Position numbers and translations under genes: made by a program
Source of the DNA: an uncultured Flavobacteriales bacterium
GTDB lineage: Bacteria; Bacteroidota; Bacteroidia; Flavobacteriales_G; Salibacteraceae
Length of the DNA: 64,000 bases
Assembly: GCA_937121175.1 (NCBI GenBank)
Contig: CAKZKD010000037.1
Coordinates: 32,000-95,999, forward strand
Direction: 5' to 3'
Shown here: one piece after another, positions 53,072-62,435 of the stretch
How the letters are laid out: each line of letters begins with the position of its first letter
How positions within the stretch are numbered: the stretch's first letter is position 1
Notes under the pieces: generated by a model
Told to the model about the DNA's origin: nothing
The model's database searches: none
The model's input: only the letters and a program-made list of their open reading frames with translations

Positions 53072-54090
53072 TGAAGTTTTTTTCTACCATATTAATCGGT
53101 TTTGCACTCTTCATAGTTGGAGGTGGTAAGGCGCAAGATGCTCAGTTTTCGCAGTTTTATGCCGCTCCGTTAATAATAAACCCTGCACTTACCGGCAATA
53201 CCGTGCAAAGCAGGTTTAGTCTAAACTACAGAAATCAATGGCCTGCGGTGCCAAACTCTAAAGCGTTTTCTACTTACGCATTTTCTTACGAACACAATTT
53301 TGAAGATTACAATAGTGCAATTGGTGGAATGGTTTATCACGATAGAGCAGGATTGGCGGGCCTACGAACAACAAATGTTTTGTTCAGTTACGCCTATCGT
53401 GTGCGAGTAACTAGGAAATTTTCCTGGAAACCAGCATTACAAATTGGTGTTGCAAACCGTCACTTAGATTTTGGTGAACTTATTTTTAATGACCAGTTGC
53501 AAACAGGGGCAACTACATCTGCGTCACAGCAAGATTATATTGCACGTTCTAAGTACACCATGGATATTAATGCCGGTGCTATTGGGTTTTCATCCAATTA
53601 TTGGTTTGGCGTGTCAGTGCATCATCTCAATAGACCAGACGTTTCATTAGTTGGGAATGGAGCAAGGGTTGAGCCTAAGTTAGCCCTTCAAGGGGGTTGG
53701 AATATTCCCGTTAAAAAAGATATTAAAAAAAGAGTAGTTTCTCAGGTAATGCTGGCTGCTAACTACAAACATCAAGGTACACGCGACCAATTGGACATAG
53801 GTGGATATTTCAACTATGTTCCTTTTTTTATGGGTGTTTGGTACCGTGGAATTCCACTAAAAAAGTCGGACGTGGAACTGAATAATCACGATGCAATCAT
53901 TTTTGTGCTTGGTTACAAAAAAGATGGAATGTCTATAGGCTATTCGTATGATGTAACGATTTCAAAACTAACTGCTGGAACCTCTGGCGGCGCACATGAA
54001 ATTAGTACGACTGTAGAATTTGCTTCACGAAAAAACTTAAGAAAGAGGAGAAGACGAAGTCGATTTATGATTCCTTGTCCAAAGTTTTAA
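53071..54090 (+). CDS. PorP/SprF family type IX secretion system membrane protein
   Basis: It has the N-terminal signature AQDAQFSQFYAAPLIINPALTGN and a 339 aa beta-rich body. The GTG start overlaps the stop of the type-B CTD cargo gene by 1 nt. Confidence 0.85.
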   Translation: MKFFSTILIGFALFIVGGGKAQDAQFSQFYAAPLIINPALTGNTVQSRFSLNYRNQWPAVPNSKAFSTYAFSYEHNFEDYNSAIGGMVYHDRAGLAGLRTTNVLFSYAYRVRVTRKFSWKPALQIGVANRHLDFGELIFNDQLQTGATTSASQQDYIARSKYTMDINAGAIGFSSNYWFGVSVHHLNRPDVSLVGNGARVEPKLALQGGWNIPVKKDIKKRVVSQVMLAANYKHQGTRDQLDIGGYFNYVPFFMGVWYRGIPLKKSDVELNNHDAIIFVLGYKKDGMSIGYSYDVTISKLTAGTSGGAHEISTTVEFASRKNLRKRRRRSRFMIPCPKF

Positions 54091-54601
54091 GCGCTTTTGT
54101 TGCACGATTTTTTTCTCCGGCACTGCCATTTTCTATTACTGCTTTTAATGAAATTTCCAATTCACGTTTAATTTCGGGGTAACGGACTAAAAATTTACAT
54201 AGAATATCGATGCACCAAGCGCGCACGGCTATTGCGCTTTGAGGATTATTCAATAAAGAAAAACACTCATCCATTAAAACTCCTTCGTTCTCAGGCGGCA
54301 ATGAGTACTGACCGATAATCTTGAGGTACGTTCTGCGTAAAGAGTCATTTTGAGTTTTGGGAAGAAACGTAATAATGCGGTTGAGGAATGGCTCTACTTT
54401 ATCAGAATTAAGTTGATTTAAATGGTCCAGTACCCAAGCGGCTCTCCAATTGAATTTATTGGTTTCCAATTCAATAAGTTCAAAAATGAAGTCGAGGCTA
54501 ATTTTGTTTTGGTTGGCAAGGGTTGCAATTCGGATGACATTTTCTTTGGAACGGTCGGTAATCAACTCATTCTCCAACCAGTCTTTGGAATACGTACTCA
54601 T
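54065..54601 (-). CDS. Hypothetical helical-repeat (HEAT-like) protein
   Basis: The start is moved to the internal Met (MSTYSKDW), which gives an ATGA overlap with the upstream gene's stop. The body is all helical repeats (AAWVLDHL, AIAVRAWCIDIL). Confidence 0.45.
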   Translation of the reverse strand: MSTYSKDWLENELITDRSKENVIRIATLANQNKISLDFIFELIELETNKFNWRAAWVLDHLNQLNSDKVEPFLNRIITFLPKTQNDSLRRTYLKIIGQYSLPPENEGVLMDECFSLLNNPQSAIAVRAWCIDILCKFLVRYPEIKRELEISLKAVIENGSAGEKNRATKALKTLDKES

Positions 54602-55158
54602 GGGGGAGGGAATCCTGCGTTTGTAATGCATGGCACTGGGCCTTCCCAACCACATTTTGGTTTGTATATGAAAGAAACCAGTGCGTTTTTGTCATTGGTA
54701 ACTGAAAATTCGTGATTACACGTGGCGTTCCATTCCGATATGCATTCTTTATCAAATTCCCAATTACTGTCCTCCAATTCTTTTTTCATTTCAGGATCGG
54801 CTTTATACCCCTCCTTTACGCAATATTCGCCAGGTTCAAGTTCAATAGAAACCACACCCACTTCATTGGTAATAACCCTCTTCGAAACTCCATTGTTGTT
54901 CTCGATGTAAAAAACAAATTTATTAGCCATCTCACCTTTCATTCTCATTTGTTCCATTTCCTCTGATGGGGCCGCTCCACCACAATAAGGTCTAATAACC
55001 CGAACAGAGAAATCTACTTTTCTGGCAGTTGGTTGGCTGTTTTCAACCACATCAGTGGCCGTTTTAATTGGCTTCTCTGTTTCTGTAGAAGTGCTTTTTT
55101 CCTTGTTTTTGCATGCAAATAAGGCTATAACTAAAAATAATAATAAGACTTTATTCAT
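54598..55158 (-). CDS. Hypothetical Cys-rich lipoprotein
   Basis: It has the signal peptide and lipobox LVIALFAC and several Cys residues in the mature part. Confidence 0.5.
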   Translation of the reverse strand: MNKVLLLFLVIALFACKNKEKSTSTETEKPIKTATDVVENSQPTARKVDFSVRVIRPYCGGAAPSEEMEQMRMKGEMANKFVFYIENNNGVSKRVITNEVGVVSIELEPGEYCVKEGYKADPEMKKELEDSNWEFDKECISEWNATCNHEFSVTNDKNALVSFIYKPKCGWEGPVPCITNAGFPPP

Positions 55159-55224
55159 GCAACAAATCTAGCATTTCAACTTATATCTTTGGCTTTATTC
55201 ATTGAATACTAAGAGAAAGAGTAT

Positions 55225-56937
55225 ATGGTTAATTATGGACTCACAATTTTTTTCGGACTGACGGTTTTATTATCCAATGCTCAGATTAAATACCCTCATT
55301 TGAAAGGGGAGAGTTTTACCTACGAACAAAGTATAGATGTACTTAATAAGTTGGCAAAAGGTAGTCCGTATATATCTATTGCCGAACAGGGTAAAACTGA
55401 TGTAGGAAGACCTTTGCATACTGTTGTTTTTAATATCGATAAAGAATTTAATCCTGATAGTATCAACAGAGAAGAAAAGGCAATTCTCTTTATCAATAAT
55501 GCTATTCATCCTGGAGAATCTTGTGGTGTTGATGCTACCGTAAAGTTGTTCGAGTACCTTTCGATGCACCGAAAGGAGTTTTCAAACTTAATTGTAGTAG
55601 CTATTCCGGTGTATAATATTGGAGGAATGCTTAATAGGTCGAAATACAACCGGTCTGGGCAAGCTGGACCTGCCGAATGTGGCTTTCGAGGTAACTATCA
55701 ACACCTCGACTTGAATCGCGACTTTATTAAGTCTGATGCATTGAATACGGTATCCTTTCAGGCAATTTTCCATGCTTGGAAACCACATTTATTTATGGAT
55801 ACGCACACCACTAATGGTAGCGACCACCAATATCCGCTTACTTTAATAGTATCTCAACAAAATAAAATGAATCCCATTCTTGCCGATTTTACCTACACTA
55901 AACTAGAAGGTTATCTGTACCGAAAAATGGCGGAAAAAGGAAAGGAGATAACTCCTTATGTCCACTTAGTGAAGAATACACCACAGGAAGGAATTAAAGA
56001 TTTTTTGGAAACTCCCAGGTATTCAAGTGGTTATGTGAATTTATTTAACACGATTGGGCTAATTAGCGAAGCACACAAATATGCCACCTATTTTGACCGA
56101 GTTGAATACACATACGAATTGTTGCGCACGCTTTGCTTGTTTTCCAATGGTAACAACAATGAGCTGGTTCGAATAAAAAAATTAGCCGATGAATCCGATA
56201 GAAACCAGTCGCAGTTTGCGTTGAATTGGACTTTGGATACCAATACTGCCGAAACTTTGAATTTTATGGGATTCGAGTTTTCTATGATTGAAAGTGAAGT
56301 CACTGGCTTACCAATGCGAAAATTCAATAGAGTAAAAAAGCAAACTTTTCAAATTCCCTTTTACAGAAATTACATTGCAACTCAAGGAGTAAGCGTACCT
56401 AAGTTTTACGTTATTCCACAGTGCTACCCTAAAGTTATTTCAATGCTGAAAAGGCAAGGAACCGAATTCATTCCGTTATCAAAAGACTCTACGATTCTAG
56501 GAGCAATGTACTACGTAGATGTTGTAGAAACGTCTAAAACTCCTTACGAAAAGCACTTTTTACACAAAATTGTACAAGTTTCGGAGCAATATCAGCAAGT
56601 GCGTTTTTACAAAGGAGATTACCTAGTTGCTTTGGACCAACCTGTAAGGCGTTTTTTAGTAGAAACACTAGAACCTACTGCGGCTGATGCGTTTTTTAGA
56701 TGGAATTTTTTCGACAATGTCCTGCAACAGAAAGAATGGTTTTCAGATTTCGCTTTTGAACCTATTGCTAAAGAACTACTCGGGAGTAACCCTCAATTGA
56801 AAAGTGAATTTGAGGAAGCCAAAGAAAATGATAGTGCACTGCGCAATAATCACATGGCTCAACTATTTTGGGTTTTCAAACGTTCACAATTTTATGAACC
56901 CGAGCACAAACGGTATCCAATAATGCGTGTATTTTAG
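55225..56937 (+). CDS. M14 family zinc carboxypeptidase-like protein
   Basis: It has a signal peptide, the zinc motif NNAIHPGESCG (HxxE) and a later MDTHTTNG. Confidence 0.75.
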   Translation: MVNYGLTIFFGLTVLLSNAQIKYPHLKGESFTYEQSIDVLNKLAKGSPYISIAEQGKTDVGRPLHTVVFNIDKEFNPDSINREEKAILFINNAIHPGESCGVDATVKLFEYLSMHRKEFSNLIVVAIPVYNIGGMLNRSKYNRSGQAGPAECGFRGNYQHLDLNRDFIKSDALNTVSFQAIFHAWKPHLFMDTHTTNGSDHQYPLTLIVSQQNKMNPILADFTYTKLEGYLYRKMAEKGKEITPYVHLVKNTPQEGIKDFLETPRYSSGYVNLFNTIGLISEAHKYATYFDRVEYTYELLRTLCLFSNGNNNELVRIKKLADESDRNQSQFALNWTLDTNTAETLNFMGFEFSMIESEVTGLPMRKFNRVKKQTFQIPFYRNYIATQGVSVPKFYVIPQCYPKVISMLKRQGTEFIPLSKDSTILGAMYYVDVVETSKTPYEKHFLHKIVQVSEQYQQVRFYKGDYLVALDQPVRRFLVETLEPTAADAFFRWNFFDNVLQQKEWFSDFAFEPIAKELLGSNPQLKSEFEEAKENDSALRNNHMAQLFWVFKRSQFYEPEHKRYPIMRVF

Positions 56938-56944
56938 TTGGAAG

Positions 56945-59137
56945 ATGTTGAATAAATTTTACCTATTTGTTTTTACGCTTTTGGCTTCTAGTACAGTCTT
57001 AGGCCAGTACGGAAAAGTGGATCACTGGGAAACGGCAATTTTTGCATCGGAAGAATGGAGATACCACGTTGGTACAACTGAACCCGATACCAATTGGAGA
57101 GAGCGAACTTTTGATCATAGTGCTTGGTCGGTTGGTAAAGGAGGTTTAGGTTTCGGCTATAGTAATTTGAAGACTGTTATTCCAACAAGTCGTTCCCTAT
57201 TTCTGAGAAAAACGTTTACCATTTCTGACATCTCTAAAATTGAAGCTGCGATTTTGCTGTTTGATTATGATGCTTCGTTTGTAGCATACATAAATGGTTA
57301 CGAATTCAGAAGAGTTAACATAGGTAAGGCATGGGATAAAACGCGACATAGCGAGGTAGCAGATTTGGAACGTAAGGCTCAGTTGGTCGATAATGGATCA
57401 TACGAGGAGTATATTCTTAAAGATTTCCAACTCAATAATCGTATTATAAATGGCGACAATGTTCTAGCCATCCAAGTTCATGGTAACTCTACAATGCCAA
57501 TTCGACTTGCAGCCTTTTTCAATTTACTATTTGGTATGGAGGACGATTCTACTCAATTTTCTCCAGCTCCGTCTTGGTATTCACCTCCGCCAATGTATGC
57601 AGAGTACTCTACACTGCCTATTGTTCGAATTACTTCACCTAGATTAAACGATTCGTTAAAGATTCCAGGTGCCATGGAAATTACGTGGCATGGAAAAGGT
57701 GAGAAGCATTACTTTGACGAAGCACCTAACCATTATAATGGCCCAATAACAATTAAAAATAGAGGAAATAGTACGCTTGAGTTTCCAAAAAAATCAATGC
57801 GCATCGAAACTCAGGATAGTTCTGGCGAAAACCTTAACATGCGTCTTTTAGGATTACCTTCTGAAAACGATTGGGTCCTATATGCTCCTTATACGGACAA
57901 AAGTTTGTTGCGGAATTATGTCATGTACGACATTGCTCGAAATATGCTGGAATGGGCACCAAGAACGCAGCTGTGTGAAGTGTTTCATAATGGATATTAC
58001 TTAGGGGTTTATGTATTTACAGAGAAAATAAAGCGAGATAGAAACCGTGTGAATATTAGAGAACTTAGGAAAAAGGACACTACAGGTAATTTTATTTCTG
58101 GAGGATACATGACTAAAGTAGATTGGCAATACGGTGCAAATCCGGCTGCCTTCACATTGTCTCACAATACCAGTTACCAATATTATTCGGATATAACTTT
58201 TGAGCATGTTTACCCAGAAGTTGACTCGCTTCACCCCAAGCAAAAACAATACATAGAAGACTTTTACTTCAAATTTCAAGAGAATTTATTAAGTGATAGC
58301 TATACAGATTTAAATGTTGGTTATCGACAATTTGTTAGCACCGCAAGTTTTGCAGACTACATGATTCTTAATGAATTATCAAAAGATATTGACTCGTATC
58401 GATACAGCACATATTTCTACAAAAATCATGTAATCGATGATGGTTTAATTCATTTGGGACCAGCTTGGGACTATAACTTAGGATTTGGAAATGTGGATTT
58501 TGGAACAGAAGGGGCGCAGTTTCCCATTAAATGGATGTATAACAAGGAGGGGAGTCGTATTTGGTGGTTTGCGCGGTTGTTAGAAGACCCAAATTTTGCT
58601 GAAATATTAAACTGCAGATGGAACTATTATCGGTCTAGTCGAGGCACAATTTCTAAGAATTATCAATTTAGTCTAATAGATGATGCTATTGCTGAAATGG
58701 GTGAGGCTGTAACTCGAAATCATTATCACTGGAAAACATTAGGCCGATATGTATGGCCCAATAATTTTGTTGGAGAAACGTATCAAGAAGAAATTGATTT
58801 CCTCAAAAAATGGATCGAAGAACGCATAGCTTGGATTGATATAAATGTTCCGGGGGATTGTAATACGCCCGTTAACGTTAATGAAATTAAGGAGTTTGAA
58901 GAAGATGGACTTTTAGTTTTTCCAAACCCTGCAACTTCACAAGTACAAATAGTTTCTGAGGAAAGAATGAGTAATTTGGAGTTATTTGATATTTCGGGTC
59001 AGAGCGTTTTTGAAATGGAATTGAACGACGAATTTCAAGTATTTATTAGCGCAGATGAATTGAATACAGGCCTGTATTTTCTTCAAATAACAACGGAAAC
59101 GGGAAACTTGAAAAATTCCAAATTAATAAAACAATAA
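56945..59137 (+). CDS. CotH kinase family protein with a type-A T9SS C-terminal domain
   Basis: The start is taken at MLNKFYLFVFTLLASSTVLGQ. The CotH-like core includes LLRNYVMYDIARNM, GVYVFTEKIKRD and LGPAWDYNLGFGN. The C-terminus is LVFPNPATSQVQI...GLYFLQITT...KLIKQ. Confidence 0.8.
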   Translation: MLNKFYLFVFTLLASSTVLGQYGKVDHWETAIFASEEWRYHVGTTEPDTNWRERTFDHSAWSVGKGGLGFGYSNLKTVIPTSRSLFLRKTFTISDISKIEAAILLFDYDASFVAYINGYEFRRVNIGKAWDKTRHSEVADLERKAQLVDNGSYEEYILKDFQLNNRIINGDNVLAIQVHGNSTMPIRLAAFFNLLFGMEDDSTQFSPAPSWYSPPPMYAEYSTLPIVRITSPRLNDSLKIPGAMEITWHGKGEKHYFDEAPNHYNGPITIKNRGNSTLEFPKKSMRIETQDSSGENLNMRLLGLPSENDWVLYAPYTDKSLLRNYVMYDIARNMLEWAPRTQLCEVFHNGYYLGVYVFTEKIKRDRNRVNIRELRKKDTTGNFISGGYMTKVDWQYGANPAAFTLSHNTSYQYYSDITFEHVYPEVDSLHPKQKQYIEDFYFKFQENLLSDSYTDLNVGYRQFVSTASFADYMILNELSKDIDSYRYSTYFYKNHVIDDGLIHLGPAWDYNLGFGNVDFGTEGAQFPIKWMYNKEGSRIWWFARLLEDPNFAEILNCRWNYYRSSRGTISKNYQFSLIDDAIAEMGEAVTRNHYHWKTLGRYVWPNNFVGETYQEEIDFLKKWIEERIAWIDINVPGDCNTPVNVNEIKEFEEDGLLVFPNPATSQVQIVSEERMSNLELFDISGQSVFEMELNDEFQVFISADELNTGLYFLQITTETGNLKNSKLIKQ

Positions 59138-59141
59138 CAGC

Positions 59142-59618
59142 ATGAATAAATTACTAATAACAATATTCTGTGCTGCGATTTGTGCACAGATACAAGCACA
59201 AGAGTTAGATTCTGCTTCGTATTTTGATTCTGAAATGAAGCTTGAGAAGCGAAAAATTGTTGAATTGGCTATGCAGCTCAATGAGTTTGAAAGTCCGAAC
59301 TTTTGGCCCTTATATATTGAATTCAATAGTAAATTAGACAAGTTGGATGAAAACTGGCTTTTTCTTTTGAGTGAAGCTGAGAAACAAACTGGTTCTTTAA
59401 ACGACGAGAGAGCTAATCTGATTTGGAGAGAGTTCAACAAGTATATGACAGAAAGACAAAGACTTTTTAATACCTACTATTCAGAGTTCTCCAAAGTAAT
59501 TCCTTCTTCAAAAACCTTCAGGTATTTTATGATAGAAAATAAAACCGATGCGGTTGTGAATGCTGAATTGGTTAAGGAATTAGAAGTAAAAGAATTAAAT
59601 TCTCCAGCTGAGCACTAG
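59142..59618 (+). CDS. Hypothetical secreted helical protein
   Basis: It has the signal peptide MNKLLITIFCAAICAQIQAQ and begins 5 nt after the cotH stop. Confidence 0.45.
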   Translation: MNKLLITIFCAAICAQIQAQELDSASYFDSEMKLEKRKIVELAMQLNEFESPNFWPLYIEFNSKLDKLDENWLFLLSEAEKQTGSLNDERANLIWREFNKYMTERQRLFNTYYSEFSKVIPSSKTFRYFMIENKTDAVVNAELVKELEVKELNSPAEH

Positions 59619-60310
59619 TCTATCTTCAACGAATAACCGATTCCAAAAATATACTCTTGGCCAGGCCTAGCTTGGTTTATTTCACCTTGATAACGATAGA
59701 AAATATCAAAACTGTTGTTTTTAGTAAACTCGAATTCTAAACCACCCGTATAGCGCTGTCTGCTCCAATTTCTAAAACCCTCTGCATATTCCCAAGTGTA
59801 CCAATATTCGGCCGCAGCATAGGATTTTAGTTTTTTTGAAAACTTATGCTGAAACTGAAACTTGAATCTTAAGTTATCTTCAGACAATTCGCCTCTATCA
59901 AACTCCCTCTGAGCTCTAGCTCTGAAATCTATACGATTGTTGTCCATTTTTATTCGAAAAGTATTGTCTAGGTCAACGCGCTGTTCTGCACCAAGACCAT
60001 CTCCCCATCTGCTTAATCGGTAATTGATGCCTGGCCTATACCACTTCGTTATTTCGTATTTTCCAGAGAGTTCTGTGAAGTAATTGTTGAGCTGAGAAAC
60101 GTTGTTTTCAAAACGAGATTGCAGTTCCGCACCTAAAGTAAATTTCTTGTTGTATTCTTTGCTCACAGCTGCACTTGTCCATATTTGAAAGTCTTTTTGT
60201 TGACTTTTTAGTGCAACAGGAAGCCAAATTAGACACGAAATAATTAATATGTTAATCGCTTTGTTCAACTCAGTCTTATTTTTTGAAATAGACTCTGATT
60301 CTTGCTGCAT
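59615..60310 (-). CDS. DUF2490-family outer-membrane beta-barrel-like protein
   Basis: It shows the alternating beta-strand pattern with aromatic ends (DFQIWTSAAVSKEY..., FRIKMDNNRIDFRARAQREF, IFGIGYSLKID) that is characteristic of DUF2490. Confidence 0.65.
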   Translation of the reverse strand: MQQESESISKNKTELNKAINILIISCLIWLPVALKSQQKDFQIWTSAAVSKEYNKKFTLGAELQSRFENNVSQLNNYFTELSGKYEITKWYRPGINYRLSRWGDGLGAEQRVDLDNTFRIKMDNNRIDFRARAQREFDRGELSEDNLRFKFQFQHKFSKKLKSYAAAEYWYTWEYAEGFRNWSRQRYTGGLEFEFTKNNSFDIFYRYQGEINQARPGQEYIFGIGYSLKID

Positions 60311-60914
60311 CCTTCAAATAATCGGCCTCCAATAATTCAACTTTTTCTATCGGACGGCCAGTTCGTTCCTCTAAATCAGCAATTAATATTGGCTCGTTTT
60401 GCGGTTTAATATTTTCAATTCTTTCATACATGATGGTTTGAATCTCAATTCCCGAGTTTAGAATGTACCGTTCTAGAATGTACATGAGTCCAAGCACAAA
60501 TAGATTGGTGAACATTAGCTCTACGTAACTCACTTTTTTTGTACTAATGGCATTGATTACCGAGACCCCAATAATAACAAACATATAGGTCATTTCTTTT
60601 ACAGGGATAGTAGTGGTGCGGTACCTGAGAATTGAGAAAACAGCAAAAAGGCCAAAAGCAAAACCAATACTGAGCTTGGTTGATGCAAATAAATGACAGA
60701 TGAAAAATACCATTGGACTGAACACCAAATAGCTAAATAGGTACTCGCTGTCTTTTCTAGTTGCCTTATATACCTTAAGGATAATTGTGTATGAAATAAC
60801 CAAGTTCAATCCTAATCGAAAGAGTAGCTCAAATAAATCTTCGTTGAATAGTTTAATTCCAAAAAGTCGTAACGGTTCGGATTTTAATAAAATGACGTCG
60901 AATAGTAATTCCAT
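60276..60914 (-). CDS. DUF4956 domain membrane protein
   Basis: It has 3-4 TM helices, the family-typical FGLFAVFSILRYRT motif and a soluble C-terminal tail. Confidence 0.7.
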   Translation of the reverse strand: MELLFDVILLKSEPLRLFGIKLFNEDLFELLFRLGLNLVISYTIILKVYKATRKDSEYLFSYLVFSPMVFFICHLFASTKLSIGFAFGLFAVFSILRYRTTTIPVKEMTYMFVIIGVSVINAISTKKVSYVELMFTNLFVLGLMYILERYILNSGIEIQTIMYERIENIKPQNEPILIADLEERTGRPIEKVELLEADYLKDAARIRVYFKK

Positions 60915-60918
60915 GCTT

Positions 60919-61668
60919 TTAACTAAAGGAGTGAATGTTTTTTAAAAACGGTTTAAAATTATTGTGTTTAATGTCCGGTCTATGAACTAGTACTGCGGCG
61001 CAATATTTAGAAAAGCTACTTGGATAAGCATTTATACCTCGTAACGCACTTACAAACATGCTTTTATTCGAGAATCGTTTTTGCTTTATTTCAGCAATTG
61101 CAATATTTTTAAATGCGTGAGATTTTCCATTGTAGGTGGCCTCAAGGTCTATATCCATGGTAAACTTCTCGGTCATCTGCACATCAGAGATAGTTATTCT
61201 GCTGTAGTTAATTCCAATTGTTTCTACCAAATCGTTGAATCCGATGCCTAATTGCTCGTTAAGGTATTTTTCTGTCAAATCACTTTTGCTATCTGCAAAG
61301 GAAGGAAGTGATATTCTTTTTTTCTCGGTTTTCGATTTGTTGTTCTTTTTTTTGATTTCGAAAACAAAAGGTCCGTTTTCGCTGTATTGTCTCGAGCGAA
61401 CTTTTATTCTATTCAGGTAGCCGGCATGGTGTTTTCTGAAAAATTCAAAATTTGAATAATCGAAATACAGATTTTTATAGTGAAATTGGCGTTTTTTACC
61501 TAGTTCTAAAACACAAACCTGACCTTTAAGAGCCTCTAAAAATAAAGGCAATTTATCGACTGAAAACATGAATTTTGTATCCACACGAGCGTCAAAATCA
61601 ACTTTTGAAAGTTCCTTTAAATCAATTCCTTGGTAAGAATTTACGATATTTTCAATGGTTGAATTCAA
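60919..61668 (-). CDS. VTC domain (polyphosphate polymerase, triphosphate-tunnel) protein
   Basis: 249 aa with RVDTKF, YKNLYFDY, RIKVRSRQY and FEIKKK. The alternating basic strands are typical of the VTC/CYTH-like tunnel. Confidence 0.75.
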   Translation of the reverse strand: MNSTIENIVNSYQGIDLKELSKVDFDARVDTKFMFSVDKLPLFLEALKGQVCVLELGKKRQFHYKNLYFDYSNFEFFRKHHAGYLNRIKVRSRQYSENGPFVFEIKKKNNKSKTEKKRISLPSFADSKSDLTEKYLNEQLGIGFNDLVETIGINYSRITISDVQMTEKFTMDIDLEATYNGKSHAFKNIAIAEIKQKRFSNKSMFVSALRGINAYPSSFSKYCAAVLVHRPDIKHNNFKPFLKNIHSFS

Positions 61669-62432
61669 GGGTTTCTGAAATCAAGAATTTTTATTTCTGT
61701 GGAAACATTAGTGTCCTCATCGTCAAGCGTAATCGAATTAATGACCGCCTTTTCACCAGAAGGACAGTTTAAGGTTCTACACTCAGACATTGCGTAAACT
61801 TGGTATGAGCCTGCTGTAAGACCCTTGAATTGAAAGGAACCGTCTGCACTAGAGCGCACATTGTCGTTTTGTTGATTCCCATCACCATAGATAATATACA
61901 CACGAGCATCTGCATGTCCTCTAGTGTCTATAGTATCGTAATCGTTTTCATTGATATAGATACCTACTAAATTCCCGCTTATTGTCTTGTTTCCACCTTC
62001 GCCTGGGCCACCAGAGTTTTCGCATCCTCTGCCAGTTATTTGGGTAATTGGAATATCCTCAAGAATAACCTCATCCTCTTTCTTCGCAATTTCCACATTA
62101 GTAACTACTTCTTCTAAACCTGTTGCGCACGAGAGACATTCGGAGTAAGTAATAATGGAATAAGCACCCGGTTGTAGAAATTCGAATTTAAATTCTCCGT
62201 CAGCGTTCGTTCGTGTATCGTCGTCAATTTCTCCGGTTGCGTCGTAACTTATATACACTCGTTGGTCTGGAATTCCGATGTTTTCCTCGAGTACATTGCC
62301 GTTATCCTCGCATAAGTAGGTGCCTAATAACTTTCCTTTTAATGTTGTTTTTCCACCTTCTCCAGGTACTTTTTTGCAAGAAGAAACTAAGCCTATTATA
62401 GCAATGAATAAAATGAGTTTTGAAATGCGCAT
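61665..62432 (-). CDS. Lipoprotein with two carboxypeptidase-regulatory-like (Ig-like beta-sandwich) modules
   Basis: Lipobox GLVSSC. The internal duplication aligns RVYISYDATGE..TNADGEFKFEFLQPGAYSIITYSEC with RVYIIYGDGNQ..SSADGSFQFKGLTAGSYQVYAMSEC. Confidence 0.6.
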   Translation of the reverse strand: MRISKLILFIAIIGLVSSCKKVPGEGGKTTLKGKLLGTYLCEDNGNVLEENIGIPDQRVYISYDATGEIDDDTRTNADGEFKFEFLQPGAYSIITYSECLSCATGLEEVVTNVEIAKKEDEVILEDIPITQITGRGCENSGGPGEGGNKTISGNLVGIYINENDYDTIDTRGHADARVYIIYGDGNQQNDNVRSSADGSFQFKGLTAGSYQVYAMSECRTLNCPSGEKAVINSITLDDEDTNVSTEIKILDFRNP

Positions 62433-62435
62433 AAT

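Noticed and set aside
54602-54655. N-terminal extension (MWLGRPSAMHYKRRIPSP) of the 54065 ORF
   Set aside because: It would overlap the upstream lipoprotein gene by 58 nt. The internal Met gives a canonical ATGA stop/start overlap instead.
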